A stretch of DNA of 64,000 nt from Octopus sinensis (GCF_006345805.1 NC_043014.1:36456001-36520000), one strand, 5' to 3'. Positions 24,252 through 38,920 are shown, counted from the stretch's first letter. Notes: a model not told the origin generated them from the sequence alone. Program-made: numbers and translations.

Positions 24252-24845
24252 GTTCTTCTATATAATATTATTGATTAAGTTTGCGATTATGTCGCAGTGG
24301 AAATGGTACACCCCTCCCACGGGACAAATGGTATGATTCAGCCACTATAAAGTGCGACAACGTCAACCAGTACGGGTAGTCGTCTATCAGTCGTTGTAGA
24401 ATAGTTGCACGTGTTCTCTGTTGGAGTTAAGTGTCAGTTAAGGGTTATAGTCAAGTTCGAGTCAACAGTGATGGTAGGCGGTTCAAAGTCGCTGTCTTGC
24501 AGAGCTATCAGCAATAGCACGATAGACGAAGCGATGTATTACTACTCCGGTATAGAAGAGATAAACTGTATCCGATACCAGAAAAATGTCCACTATAGTA
24601 GATACAACAGCTACAGTCACAAGAGGCACCACACATTATAAATATGGAAAACACCACATCATAACAGCTTACTGCATTGGTTTTATTCTAAACTCATCGT
24701 TATGCTCATTCTTCTTTAATATTCAGATAAACATTCATCGAGCAAAAGCATTCGATTACTGAACATACCAGGTTTTCACGGGCGTAGATGATCTTCTTAA
24801 CTTGTTTCAGTCACTAGACTGCGACCACGCTTGGCTACCAGCTTA

Positions 24846-24990
24846 AACTGTCGAACAAAGAGGCCTCACTACCTATTTTTAAGTTTGGTACTTATTCGAT
24901 CATCACTTTTACTAAACCTCTAAATTATGGATCCGTATTCAAGCAACACCAGTCGTGAAGCGCTGGCTGAAGTTAAATACATACATACAT
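24846..24990 (+). repeat. About 140-bp direct repeat, first copy (second at about 31232-31375), each followed by (TACA)n
   Basis: aaactgtcgaacaaagag...ggatccgtattcaagc...gctgaagttaaatacatac occurs twice, bracketing the CR1 and RTE elements. Confidence 0.88.
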
Positions 24991-25084
24991 ACATACATAC
25001 ATACATACATACATACATACATACATACATACATACGTACATACATACGTACATACATACTTACATACATAGGTACATACATAC

Positions 25085-26930
25085 GTGCAAAAGGAAGAAC
25101 GCTTCAGTTATGATTACAAAATCGCGGTAAACGCCAGTAGCAATCCAAAAACATTCTTTGCCCATGTCCAACGGAATTCCCGCTTGAACAACAAAATTGC
25201 AACGTTGGTAGACTCAACAGGCGTATCGATTGAGGACCCTTATCAACAAAGTCAATTATTTGCCGAGGCTTTTTCAACTGTTTTCAAACAAGATGATGTC
25301 GTGAACCTCTCCATTTGATAGATCGGTACCTCCAATGCCTCGATTGGTCATCACGCGGGACGAGGTCAAACGTGTTATTCAAGGCCTCGATGTCAACAAG
25401 GGTCACGGCCCTGACGGCATACACCCACGGGTTATCAAAGTGTTGGCTCCGGTCATCTGCGAGCCCTCAACACGTCTATTCAATATGTCATTGGCGAAGG
25501 GTGTTATACCTGCGGACTGGAGAACAGCGATAATCTGCCCAATTTTCAAGAAAGGGAGCTGCGAAGACCCGCTTAACTACCGACCGGTTTCCCTTACATC
25601 AATAATCAGCAAGATGTTCGAAACCATCCTTAAGAAAAAGTATGATGCTCCACCTCCAAAACACAGCCTCTATCTCTGATTCCCAACACGGCTTCGTGCC
25701 GAAGAGATCATGCTTGACCAACTTACTGGTAATGGAAGAATTGGTGACGCGCATCCTCGATGATAGTGATGCTGTTGACATCGTTTTATTGAACTTTGCC
25801 AAAGCTTTTGACTCGGTAAACCACCGCCTATTACTTGTCAAGCTTCAAGCATATAGTTTCCATCCGGATATTGTACGATGGGTTGGTGCCTTCCTCTCAG
25901 ATCGCTCCTTCCAAGTCCAAGTTAATGGTTCGCGGTCTCCAGGGCGAGCAGTGGCGTGCCTCAAGGTTCAGTGCTTGGGCCCTTATTGTTCTTAGTCTTC
26001 ATAAATGACTTGCCCGACGACCTCATGCAACACACCCTTCTATTTGCCGACGATGTCAAACTGCTCGCTCCTCGCGGTGATATAGAGGATCTTCGTCGAT
26101 GCCTCCACCAAATTTGGAGGTGGTCTAACGAATGAGACCTGTGTCTGAACGTGTCAAAGTGCTGTCATCTGCCTGTTGGCTCTCCTCCTGCAACTCAACT
26201 TGATTTCGAGCCGGGTCGTCTGCTGCTGGAGAGGACCGATCAGGTAAAGGACCTGGGTATCTTGGTGGATTCCTCCTTTTCGCCTTCGGCCCAGTGCGTC
26301 CATGCTGCCAACAAAGCACGCGGAACTCTGTTCTTGATTCGACGGTCATTCGGAAAGCTCACAGCAGCCATATTCCTACCGCTCTATGTCACGCTGGTGA
26401 GACCCATATTGGAGTACGGGATTCAAGCCTCTTCTCCTTATCTCCTCAAAGACATACAGCATCACGAAAGAGTCCAGAAGCTGGCTATCCGCATGGTTCA
26501 TGGTCTCAAGAATTTCTCTTATGAAGAAAGACTGAAGACGCTCGACCTTTATTCTCTAGAAAAACGCCGCCGCCGTGGTGATCTCATTCTCGCTCACAAC
26601 TTCATATGCGGAAAGTGTAACCTCTCGAAAGAGCTGTTCTTCACTCCTGCTCCAGAGCGTCGACTGCGGGGTCATTGCGAAAAGCTCTACCTGCGACGAT
26701 TTCATCTCAATCGAAGGAGAGGAGCTTTCTCCGTCCGGGTTGCGGATCCGTGGAACAAGCTGCCAGACGAGATGATGAAGATGCCGACGACCGCTTTGTT
26801 CAAAGTCTCCCTTGACCTCAAGTGGCCTGAACTCTTTACATGAACACCACCCTGTACTTAACTCCATGTCCCCCTACATGGCCTTGCTTTTTGCATTTGA
26901 GCCAAAACATTAACTAACTAACTAACTAAC
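25085..26930 (+). mobile_element. CR1-clade LINE, 5'-truncated, frameshifted RT
   Basis: [81 protein letters not shown]; (TAAC)n tail at about 26910-26930. Confidence 0.92.
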
Positions 26931-26934
26931 ATAC

Positions 26935-29900
26935 ATGATGGCCGTTCACTTGTGACCGAGCAAGACCATTGCCGACCTTCAGGAACATTGTGCGCTCTAG
27001 GACTAACTTATATTTTGCATTTGCGGCTCCGTTGGTGGCTAATGAGCCCTGCTCTTGACAAGCATACACGACTGCAAACATTGCAGACCAAGCTTTCCCC
27101 ATTCACTATACGAGCCGTGCGCTATCGCGCAGCTTGCTTAAGTTCTTCATGCTGGATACGTGCTCTGTCGAAAGTGTCGATCCCCTCCTTAACCTGTTTC
27201 CTCCATCTGTGGCGATGACAGGCATTGTTCTCCCAGTCAGTGTCCTGCATATCAAAGGCCTTTAACGAGGACTTGACACAGTCCTTAAATCGCAGCCTTG
27301 GTTTCTGCCGGAGTCTCATTCCATTCACAAGTTCTCCATAGAGCATCTGCTTAGGAACCCTTCTATCCTCCATTCTAATAAGGTGTCCAGTCCAACTCAA
27401 CCGGTGCTTGTTTACCATCGCCTCAATACTCAAGATATCAGCTGTCCTCAAGATCTGTGTGTCCAGAATTTTTGAGGTCCAGCCAACATTGAGAATGTGT
27501 CTGAGACATCTCTGATGAAAACGTTCAAGTATCCTTACCTGACGCTTGTACAGAGTCCATGTCTCACATGAGTAGAGAAGCGATGTCAGTACACAAGCAC
27601 GGTACACAGCAACTTTTGTTCTCCTTGCGATGCCATGTTGGGATCAGACACGAGACTGAAGAGACCGGAAGGAATTAGTTGCTCTCTGCAACCTGAAAGA
27701 TATATCCTCATCCAGGGAGCAAGAACGGCTGAGTGTGCTGCCCAGGTAGACAAACTTGCCTACTACCTTCAGAGTTGTTCCTTCAACCAAGATAGCTGGT
27801 TCTATATATGGACTCCCTGGTGCAGGCTGGAACATTACAACAGTCTTGTCCAGGCCAATGCTGAGTCCAAATGCCCTGCAAGAAGCAGAAATGCAATTCA
27901 TGAGTATTTGCATGTCATCCACTGTATGAGTGACTAAGTCACAGTCATCTGCATAAAGGAGGTCACGAATAATAGACTGGGACACCTTTGAATTGGCAGC
28001 AAATCGGCGAAGATTAAAGAGGCGGCCAGAAGATCGATATCTAACATATATTCCCAGAGAGTTAACCTTAGCAAAAGCATGAGTAAAAACAGCAGCAAAG
28101 TACAAAGAAAAGAGAGTTGGGGCAAGGATGTCACCCTGCTTGACACCATTCTCTACAGGAATGGGTCCCGCCATGGCACCACCAACATTGACCCAAGCCT
28201 CCATCCCATCATGAAATGATTTAATTATAGATACAAAGTGATCCGGACATCCAAGTTTGCCAAGTATTTTCCACAGTAAGGCCCTATTTACAGTATCAAA
28301 GGCCTTAGTCAAATCAATGAATACCTGGACAAGATCCATATTCTGCTCATAGCACTTTTACTGCATCTGTCTTGCTGTGAAAATCATATCCATTGTCCCT
28401 CTACCAGATCGGAAGCCACATTGAGATTCAGATAGGACATCATTTACGAGAAACCCATTCAGACGGGTAAGAAGAATATTTGCCAGAACCTTGCCAGCAG
28501 CTGATAGTAGAGCAATACCTCTGTTGTTACCACACACTGTTCTGGCTCCTTTCCTTTATATAGAGGAAGAATAATTGCATCCTTCCAGTCCTTAGGGATT
28601 GCACCATCCCTCCAGACTGCACTAATAAGTTCATGAAGGGACTGTGTGATGCAATTACCACCAAATCGCAAGGCCTCAGCACAAATTCCATCCTTTCCAG
28701 GTGCCCTACCAAGATTCAATTTACTTATTGATGTCATTACTTCATGTATTGATGACGAGGAGTCTAAGGAGTCAATGATAGGTCTCTGTTTCATAGTATC
28801 AATCACTGTTTCATCCACAACTGACTCATGAATTAGGAGTTTAGAGAAGTGTTCGATCCAGCGACCTGTGATTACTATTGATTTAGTAAACAGAGTGGAA
28901 GACTCCTTGGAAAGCAAAGGAGCTGATGTGGAGCTCTTAGGTCCATAAGCTCGCTTCATAAGATGGTAAAGCTTCTTACAGTCATTTGCATCAGCAGCAG
29001 CATGAAGATCACGAGCAAGATCCTCCCACCAAGTGTTCTGGATCTTCCTGAGAGATCGCTGCAGTAGTGATTTTACAGTTATAGTGGGCAAGTGCTAGAC
29101 TCCGCTGCACAGTAGACAGTTCTCTGTGCAGCAACACACTGTGGGCATGGCGCTTCACTACTAAGAGTCGTTGAATTTCAGCATCATTCTCATCAAACCA
29201 GTCTCTGTGTCTGGCAGTAACATACCCTAGTGCTTCGGCTGCACATTGAACAACCTGGTCTCGAAAATCTTCCCATGCTGCAGCAGTTTCAATGCTGGAC
29301 AAGCGAGTCTGAAGCTCTTTCCTAACCACAACGTCATATACCTTGTGGACATTTAGACGGCGAAGAATGCTGACTGGTCCTCTTCTCTCTATCGCCAGAA
29401 TCACCATTCGGAACTTTGCTCGCACCAGACTGGTCTGTCCAGCATTCTGATCCATGCAAGGACTTGACTTTACAAATGTCATAAATATCGCGTTTGCGGA
29501 TGATAACGTAATCCAGCAACTGCCAAACTTTGGACCTTGGATGCATCCATGTTTTTGTGTGATCACCTTTGTGCACAAAATGAGTACTTGCAATGTAAAG
29601 TCCGTGTTCTTCGCAAATCTGCAGTAGCATGAGACCATTGCTATTCATTTTCCCTACTCCAAAACGTCCTAGAGAGTTCCATGTTTGCCAGTCTGTTCCT
29701 ACTCTGGCATTAAAATCCCCCAGTAGAATGACTTCATCAGAATTGGGGATTTTTCTAAGCATGGCTCTCAGCTGGGTATAAAAGATTATTTTATCTTCAT
29801 CACAGCTAGTCAAAGTAGGTGCATAAGCACTTATTAGAGTAGCAAACCGCTTACCTTTCAAGTGCAACCGTAGGGTCATTATACGTTCATTTATAGGAAC

Positions 29901-30480
29901 AGGGAGCTCTTCCAACTTCTTCAGGATATCAGATCGGACTGTAAATCCAACACCAGCCTCTCTGCACTCCTCCTTCTGCCTTCCTTTCCAAAAAAAAGGT
30001 GTATCCGCCTCCTACTTCCTCAAGCTGACCATCACCTTCTATACGAGTCTCTGAGAGTGCAGCTATATCAATTTTATAACGGTTCAGCTCACGAGCAACA
30101 AGTGCAGTGCGTCTTTCAGGCCTGCAATCACTCTTGTTGTCCAACAGAGTACGCACATTCCAACATGAAATGTTTAAGTTCCGTCCAGATTTTATAGATA
30201 AAAGACTCTTCGTTTTTCGAGCGCAGGGTAGACATCCGTCAGTCGCGCTAAACTGACCAGATATGGAAAGACAGGCAATTTTTGGTTCACCTTTTCTAGA
30301 ACCTCCCCGGTCTCCAGGTGAGCAGTGCCCTCTCCAAATGGAGCTGCTCAGACACCCATGCAGCAACCGAATCCTACCGCTGTCTTGGGCGACAAGGAGA
30401 CGACTTTATATCTAGCATGGGCCGCCAACGTGCAGGTCGCTGACAACATGCTTCCAACCCGTCAGGTCTGCATGCTTCAC
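26935..30480 (-). mobile_element. Near full-length RTE-clade (BovB-like) LINE with frameshifts
   Basis: Endonuclease WNVRTL...IAALSETR, ISAYAPTL, LGDFNARVG; RT FIDLTKAFDTV, GVKQGDILAPTLF, LYADD, YLGS; C-terminal GRQK/KPRLRFKD region. Confidence 0.93.
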
Positions 30481-31125
30481 CACCTTCCCATCGCCGCAAG
30501 ACTTCCGAAAAAAAAATTACTAAAAATGAAGAAAATATATACTAAAAATAAGATATGTATATATAAAGAAAAAGTCGGCAGTGCCTGTGCAGAGTTTTAG
30601 GTCCAATAAGGCTTTCACAACACCTCATAGACCCTCTCAACTCTATTGACATTATCCAGAGACAAGCCGGAGCAAGATGTCTGGTGCCAATATGAGTCGC
30701 AGGCTCAGGGATGTGGGAGCGGCGTGATCTCTAGCACAAACCAAAGATCCCCAAAATGTTCAATACCATTCCCTGAATATATGGTTTTATATCAGAGTGA
30801 CCTTCTCCTAGACGTGCTTTAACAAAAGCTGAGGGGCGCCTCAGTCCCAGTGGTCTTTCAGCACGCCGAACACCACCCCGGAATTTCTACGTACACGTGC
30901 TAACATTTATTGGATGGCCGTTGACTCTCAAGAGGTCCTCCGCCCTTTGACTGGTTTTGTTTTTCATTCCGCAGGGTGTCCAATAAACACCCTCCTCACC
31001 AAGCAAGCTTAGTGGGGTTGCCGATTTAGTCGCCGACGACCCGACCATGCAACAAATTGTACTGGGTTACATGCTACCAGTAGCACTCGAAGGTGACCTG
31101 ACACATACATACATACATACATACA

Positions 31126-31157
<32 letters not shown>

Positions 31158-31417
31158 CGAGCATGCATGCACATACATACATACATACATACATACATAC
31201 ATACATACATACATACATACATACATACATACAAACTGTCGAACAAAGAGACCTCACTACCTATTTTTAAGTTTGGTACTTATTCGATCATCACTTTTAC
31301 AAAACCTCTAAATTATGGATCCGTATTCAAGCAAAACCAGTTGTGAAGCTCTGGCTGAAGTTAAATACATACATACGAACATACATACATACATACATAC
31401 ATACATACATACATACA

Positions 31418-31451
<34 letters not shown>

Positions 31452-31815
31452 CATAGGTACATACATACATACATACATACATACATACGAGCATGCATAC
31501 GTGCATACATACATACATACATACATACATACATACATACATACATACATACATACTTACATACACGTATAGTTTCTTTCTAAATTGGCAATGCTTTCTT
31601 TTTTACAGGTTATTTCGAAACTTCCAAGCGAAAATTAACTCACATTTTCTCCGGAAATAAATATTTGACTCCATACTATATATTGTGTGCTTTCTGCAGT
31701 TAGTGCTTGTTGATTTCTGATATTGAAAACATACCTTAATGTGTGTTTGTGTGTATATGGGTACATATGCTCTGATACACATAAATCTAGAAAGATATAA
31801 TACAACAATTTTTCG

Positions 31816-31822
31816 TATATAA
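31816..31822 (+). promoter_or_regulatory. Candidate TATA box (TATATAA) for copy 2
   Basis: Lies about 70 nt upstream of the exon-1 ATG (31890). Motif only, in AT-rich DNA. Confidence 0.3.
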
Positions 31823-31889
31823 GTACACAATCTCTATCGTTTTGCAACTAGTAACTATTTTCCCTAGGATAGGGGAAGTATAAAGAGAA

Positions 31890-31912
31890 ATGACATTGTT
31901 TTACGTTGACAG
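31890..31912 (+). CDS. Ig-GPI gene copy 2, coding exon 1 (MTLFYVD-R)
   Basis: ATG, phase-2 donor AG|GTATAG. Joined to 37556 it gives the 25-aa signal peptide MTLFYVDRSIMLIVMMLLMSSYTSA. Confidence 0.58.
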
Positions 31913-33490
31913 GTATAGTGTAGCGGAACTAAAATGGTATTGGAAAATGTGTAAAGTTTTTGAAAATTTTGGTCAATCAATCCAAATGGAATCAAATTAC
32001 AGATCAGCTAACTTTATAGATGTAGCTGGCTTGAATGTAGGATTATATGCAGCTTAGCATAATCCAAACGTTAATTTTAATGTTGATAGATTCTCAAATC
32101 ATCCCTGTGCAATTATAATCTTTATTATTGATAGTTTCGCATATAATATCTAGCTGGTCTGCGTCGAATGCGGGTCATTATAAGGTAGCACTCGCTAGAG
32201 TGAGATATGTAGAAAAATTAGTTATATTCAAAGTAGTGAATCAGTTAACAGCCCTTCTTGCAGGAACACTTAATACTACAATTGGTAGACAAAGGTGTAG
32301 GTCTGGAGACAGAATAAATGAGGATATAATTAACAATAAGCGTGATTGGTGAAACACGTATGTATATAAAGGACATGTCCCCTACTATGAGAACCTAACT
32401 ATTCGAACCCGCTACCTTGACTATAAGTAATAGCAAGAGAGGGGAATGATGGAAATTGAGGGATGTTAAGAAATTATAAGGAGCGAAAATACTTAAGTAA
32501 CGGAACTACAACTAGCAGCTGTATTCAAACATTAGGTAGTGGTGAAAAGTATAAGCAAAACACTGCACACAGTAGGGAAAACAAGAATAGTAAAATCGGT
32601 AAAGGATTACGTCAGAAAAAATGATATATCCAGTATTTAACCTTGATGTATTCCCTCTGATTGCTTCCGCTTTCTTCGCTGCATTAGATAAACTCTTCAG
32701 TAAATGTATTAGATATCATAAAACATTTTAATAGACATATCGTTAATGTGTCTTACGCAACTACCCTATTATAAAATATACCTCCAATGGAATAATAAAA
32801 TCTTACTCAACAGGTCTTTTCTAATATTTATAATTGCAATGTAAATGACTCTACAGGCTGCACATAGACCAGGAGTCGATGTATTGGTAGATAATGTGCG
32901 AGAGAATGGAAAGTATTTCATATGTGACACCAACACAACTACTCAAGATATATCCGATGTTCGACTCAGTAGTGGTAATAGTAATAATGTTAACAATTAC
33001 AGTAATAGTCCTTTCTACAATGTGTTGAAACCAAATCTTGTGGAAGGGGATAGTCGATTCTATCTAAGCCAGTTCTAAACTGGTTATTATTTTCTCGACC
33101 CCGAAACTGTGAAAGACAACTTCGAGCTCGATGATATTTGAACTCAGAAGGTAAAAGACAAGAAATGTCGATAAACATTTGTTCCGTTGTTGTAACGATT
33201 GTGCCAACTCTCCGCATCAGCATTTACCGTATTAATGATGGTAGGAACAGCATAATATTAGTTCTAGGTATTATAATAAATGAAATTAATATCATGAAGA
33301 TAGTAGCAAAAATAGTGAAAATACTTGTGATGCTAATAGTAATGCTAGTCATGACTAGAATAATGCAATAAAATTGGCAACTTTAGAATTACGGATAAAT
33401 ATACACTGGTACTTCACCATCTCTCTCCTGCTCTCTCTCTCTCTCTCTCACTCTTTCTCTCTCTGTCTTGCACTTTTGCTGTTTCCTACT

Positions 33491-33533
<43 letters not shown>

Positions 33534-33801
33534 CCTCGCTCTCTCTTGCCCTTTTGCTGTTTCCTTCTCTCTCTTTCCTTTGTTCTTGTCTCCGGCTGGA
33601 TAGCCATATATCTCATCTACAGCAGCACACCTATTTCTGCTCTCATTCTTGGTCTCTCTCTCTCACTGGGTAGCCATGGAGCTTCTCTATAGCAATACCC
33701 TATTTCTACTACTCTATTTCTTTGTAAGACACTAACCTTTCATCATCAGATATCGGGCCACCTCCTCCAATGGTTCCATATATATATATATGTGTGTGTG
33801 T

Positions 33802-33842
<41 letters not shown>

Positions 33843-34052
33843 CGTTGGCGATTTTTTTCTTCTATCTTCTCTTCTCTGGATCTTTCCTTCTCCTATGTTT
33901 CCGATGAAGAGCTCCGCTCGAAACTTTAAGCCCTCCTTCTTTCCTTCTTTCCTGAGCGTCCAATAATACTATAATTGTTCCACGTCCTCGCGTTGTTGTG
34001 TTTTTTTGTGCTTTCTTGTTTGGATTAACATTATATATATATATATATACAA

Positions 34053-34093
<41 letters not shown>

Positions 34094-34462
34094 GGAATTT
34101 ATCTCTGAATGTAATATATGCGAATTATTCTGTAGCCATGATAAAACTCCGAGAAAAAAAACAGGGTTCAGAGTAACAATACAGAGAAAACGCATATGGG
34201 AGTATACAAAGAGTAAACCACGTCTATATATGCACATACAATTATGCACGCGCACACACACCCCTATATGCGACATACCCGCACACGTCTATACACGCAC
34301 ACACACCATTATGGAAACTATACTCTATGAAACATTTAGAGAAAATTAGAGACCTGATTTTGCGCATAAGATGGAAGATATTATCCATATAAATCAAATG
34401 GGGTGATTATAATAGCCCCATTTGATTTATATGGATAATACCTTACTAAATTCTGGTACCTG

Positions 34463-34494
<32 letters not shown>

Positions 34495-34638
34495 GGCTCC
34501 AAACTTACAGGGAAAAATTAGATTTAGGATTAAATCAAATTTCACATTATAAATATATAAAATATGAATCAGAGATAAAACCACTATTAGGCAACTCAAA
34601 CAGTTTGAGTTGCCTAATAGAGGTTTTATCTCTAATTC

Positions 34639-34674
<36 letters not shown>

Positions 34675-35304
34675 AATGTAAAAAAAATACAAACTAGGAC
34701 AAGAACGTGAAACGTTTTGAAGACGATTATGATAACGATAGTCACTGTGGTTTGAACAATTAGCTTAACGTCCACTCCACTTCAATAGCGAAATTCTTTC
34801 CCAGCCTTCGAACATTCTTTCAATCAACGTACCCTTCCCACTCCACTTGTTCCCTACCTACTATTCCTTTAACCCTTCTCTTCCTACTATCTATCTTTGA
34901 CGTCAATTCTTCTAACGATTTTTTAAAAATCACTCATTATCGTTTTGTTTACCATGTAGGCAGTCATCGAAATTTTTGTTTGTCTTTTTGTCGAGAGAGG
35001 CTCCCTTTCTTTTTTGATGAGAAGACTGCATAATGCACCCTTTATTCATTTGGAATGAAACCATGTTGTCTTCGAAACATATGTCGAGAGTAAAGGAATT
35101 TTGCTAACATCTTCGTTCGACCCCATTCTTTCATTTATTCATATATAACACACAAATTTCTGCACATGAACCCGGAGTTTCTACCGTTGAACAGGTCGCT
35201 TCAACCGTGTTTCTGAGTTTCTGACGTGAATTTGCTACCCTGGTTTCGGTTCAACGAATTTTCCATGCTTACGATAAACGTAGGATAATTCATTCACCTA
35301 TTTA

Positions 35305-35413
<109 letters not shown>

Positions 35414-35819
35414 TGTAGCCAACCTGCCGACTACTTTAATATGCTTGTATATCCAACCAAATACAGTGTTGATCAGCAGGTAAATGACCACTACGAAGCA
35501 ACAAGTGTGAGTGGCAGAAATTTCAAAATTATGTTTGCAGGACCGAACGGTCAGTGGGTAAGGTGATGCTGGTTGACGGCTCAGGCTGGAGATAACTCTC
35601 GTTGTTGGCAAAGCAGTTGCCAGATTCAGCATCATTGACGTATGTAACAATAATTCCTACAGATAAACCTGCTCGCTTACCGAATATATTTATGGTAGGA
35701 GGAATTGAGAACTTTCAAAGGATCCAGTGGAGGGGAACGCCAATCTACTAAGCAGAGTTATGAGATATTCTGTTGAAGAAACAGTGAGCTTGTTGCTAAG
35801 CACAATGTCAGAATTCGAA

Positions 35820-36270
35820 GAGATGAACGTACCGTGGATCTTTGCGGTTTGAACGGCAGTTTTTTCTTGCGGTGTCATATGAAATTGTCACCCATAATTA
35901 TGTCCCTGGTATCGATCTGTTTTAGGTTTAGGTTAGTTAGGTTAGGGTTTGGGGTGGGGGGAAGGGTACCTTTATTTCTTCAGAAATGTAAATAAACCCA
36001 ATCTGATTCTTAAACGAGGGACAGATTCATACGGCACATAATGTTTTTACCTCAATAGATGTCATTGATTGGTTGAAATTGCAGAAATTGAAGAAGAAAA
36101 AACAACAAATAACCTACAAACTATAGAATTGTCTCAATAAAGCCAAGAGAAAAAGATGTTTTATAAACACATTCTACCAGTATAAGAAGTTTAAAAGTGT
36201 TTTGTTGCGTGGAAATTATTTTTAAAAAACTGCCGTTCAAACCGAAAAGATCCCGTACCGTTTCATTTTC
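35820..36270. mobile_element. Non-autonomous DNA element with subterminal inverted repeats (also about 52950-53395; only the right half remains in copy 1)
   Basis: ggatctttgcggtttgaacggcagtttttt versus aaaaaactgccgttcaaaccgaaaagatcc; internal gttagggtt-type motif. Confidence 0.65.
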
Positions 36271-37162
36271 AATCCCTTCTGCTTCACCAGTAAGTTACCT
36301 TGTGGTATGTGTAGCAGCAATCCAGACTGCTCGGGGTGTGGAGTAAATCCTTTTTTTTCTCAAATGCCTGGATGACCTTACAATAAAGAAGGAGCTTCGA
36401 TAAGGTAGAAATCCTGGTAAGCCTACCACTCCCGACGATTCCCTTTGGCATGAATCAACCGAGTCGGAAGAATGCTTAGGAAGCTGTTCAAGCAGCTAGG
36501 TCAGCAAGGTCAGCTAGGTCATCCAGTGTCCAGTGTAGCGCCATATTGAAAAATCAATTAGAAAAATACCAAACAAATGTAGTAAGAAAAAGAAAATGTC
36601 TTGACTCTTTTTTCTCTCTCTCTCTCTTTCTCTCCTCCTACTTTTTCTCTATATCTTTGTCCCTTTCACTCCCTCCCTCTCACTTTTCCATGACGTTCTT
36701 CTTAATCTTTGACTGTAACTCCTTCTTGCCAATCTTCCTTCTTCTCTCCCTTTCTTACTTTCATATCCTTATAACTTTCCCTCAATTTCCTCTCCCGCGT
36801 CCTAAGTCGGCGTCTTTTTCTTAATCACAATACTTCTTTCACCCAATCTCTCAATACTTCGAAATTCTCTATCTTTCTTTTCATCTTTGTATGTGTATAT
36901 GTGTGAGTGTGTGTTTTGGCTGTGCGCGTGCGCATGTGCGTGCGTGCTTGTGTACGTGTGTGTGTACTAAGTTACTGTTTTTAAGAATATTTACTTCCGG
37001 TTTTCTAGCGTTAGTGACATCTATATCTCTATCTATATCTCTTTATCCATCTCTCTCTATTTATCTCAATCTCTCTATATTTCTCTATCTATATCTCACT
37101 ATCTATCTGTCTATATTTTATCTATCTACCTATCTACCTACCTATCTGTTATCTATCTATCT

Positions 37163-37219
<57 letters not shown>

Positions 37220-37555
37220 TTGTCTATATCTTTCTAACTATCTATCTATCTATCTATGTACCCTACCTATCTATCTAAGTTTACCTGCCTTCTCGATGCA
37301 GAAAAGAGAAAGAGAGAGAAACAACAGACAGAGAAGAGGGAGAAAAAGGAAGATAGAGAGAGAAAAAGAATGAAACAGAAAGATGGGACTTTCAGTTCAC
37401 TCACACTTCAAGTTGGACTTGCGTTTTTTCTCTATTTCTGTTATGTTTAGCCATTTCGCGACTACGCTATTTGTAAGAGATATCTTTTCGTAAAAATTTC
37501 TGCTTTCTGGAAGCCGACAATCATTTCTCCTCCTGCCTTATACCTGTCGCACAAG

Positions 37556-37608
37556 ATCAATAATGTTGATAGTTATGATGTTACTGATGTCTTCTTACAC
37601 TTCGGCCT
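37556..37608 (+). CDS. Ig-GPI gene copy 2, exon 2 (signal peptide core, intact)
   Basis: 53 nt, AAG acceptor, phase-1 T|GTAAGT donor. Encodes SIMLIVMMLLMSSYTSA; the ATG at 37563 could also initiate. Confidence 0.75.
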
Positions 37609-37715
37609 GTAAGTTAATATTAAGAAACATAATATTTTTTTCTGTTACAACACTGAATCTTCTTCTCTTAGATAACATGCTTTCATCTTCGAACGACACA
37701 GTATACACACACGCA

Positions 37716-37791
<76 letters not shown>

Positions 37792-38624
37792 CAGACAAAC
37801 GCACACATACACATACACACACGCACACACACACACACACATTATCAACACACCGACATACACTTTTCAACAGCGTCACCTCAAATACCTATTTCTTTAC
37901 TGCCCACAAGGGGCTACACAGAAAGAGGGGACAAACAAGGACAGACATAGGTATTAAGTCGATTACATCGACCCCAGTGCGAAAGATGATAGCCAAAAAG
38001 TCGACCTCGGCGGAATTGAACTCAGACCTTAACGGCAGACGAAATACGGCTAAGCATTTCACCCGTCGTTTTAACGTTTCTGCCAGCTCGCCACGAATAG
38101 CATAATACGAACAACACAACACACTGTTTAATTCAGTACACACACCACACACTGTTTAATTCAGTACACACACCACACACCATCATGCACACTCTCACAC
38201 CCTCACAAACACATAATATCTGAACACAGAGAATATATAGATACACACGCAACACGCATAAACATGCATTACACGCATTGACACGGATAACATTCGCTCA
38301 CAAAAATACACACGTCCATATGCACACACACACACAGGGGAATACACAAAACGCATATTTCTCCACACAACACATACTCTAGGTTAATTTTACACACAAA
38401 CACACACAAACACACACACATACATACATGCATACGTACGTACATACATACCTACATACATACATACATACATACATACATACAGACATACAGACATACA
38501 TACGTACATACATACATATCTCGTTCTTTCTGTGTTTGTAAAAGTTTATAAAGACAGTATTTTTCAACTGATTTCCTCCAAACTGCGAACGTACATTACT
38601 TATGTTCCAGGGATGACTTTAGAC

Positions 38625-38920
38625 CAGTGGTTTTCAACCAGGGTTCCGCGGAACCTTAGCGTTCCACCAGTACATTCCAGGGTTCCGCAAGAAGTTACAA
38701 AACTGCTAGGATCTTTTCATTTTGAAAGCCAGATATTTCAGTTTTTTTCTAATGAAGTAAATAACGCAAGAAGTTACAAAACTGCTAAAATCCGCTGTAA
38801 TTTTTAATCTCCTGTGCAGATATGTGTGCATAAGACTATTAAATTATGGCACAGGGGTTCCTCGAGCCAGTGGAATGTTTCCTTGGGGTTCCGCTCCAGC
38901 AAAAAGTTTGAAAAGCACTG
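38625..38920. mobile_element. hAT-family MITE (copy 2 counterpart)
   Basis: Same termini and CTTTAGAC TSD. Confidence 0.85.

Noticed and set aside
24927-31572. Regular short repeats that might suggest a CRISPR-like array
   Set aside because: Simple (TACA)n microsatellites without unique spacers, in eukaryotic DNA with no cas genes.
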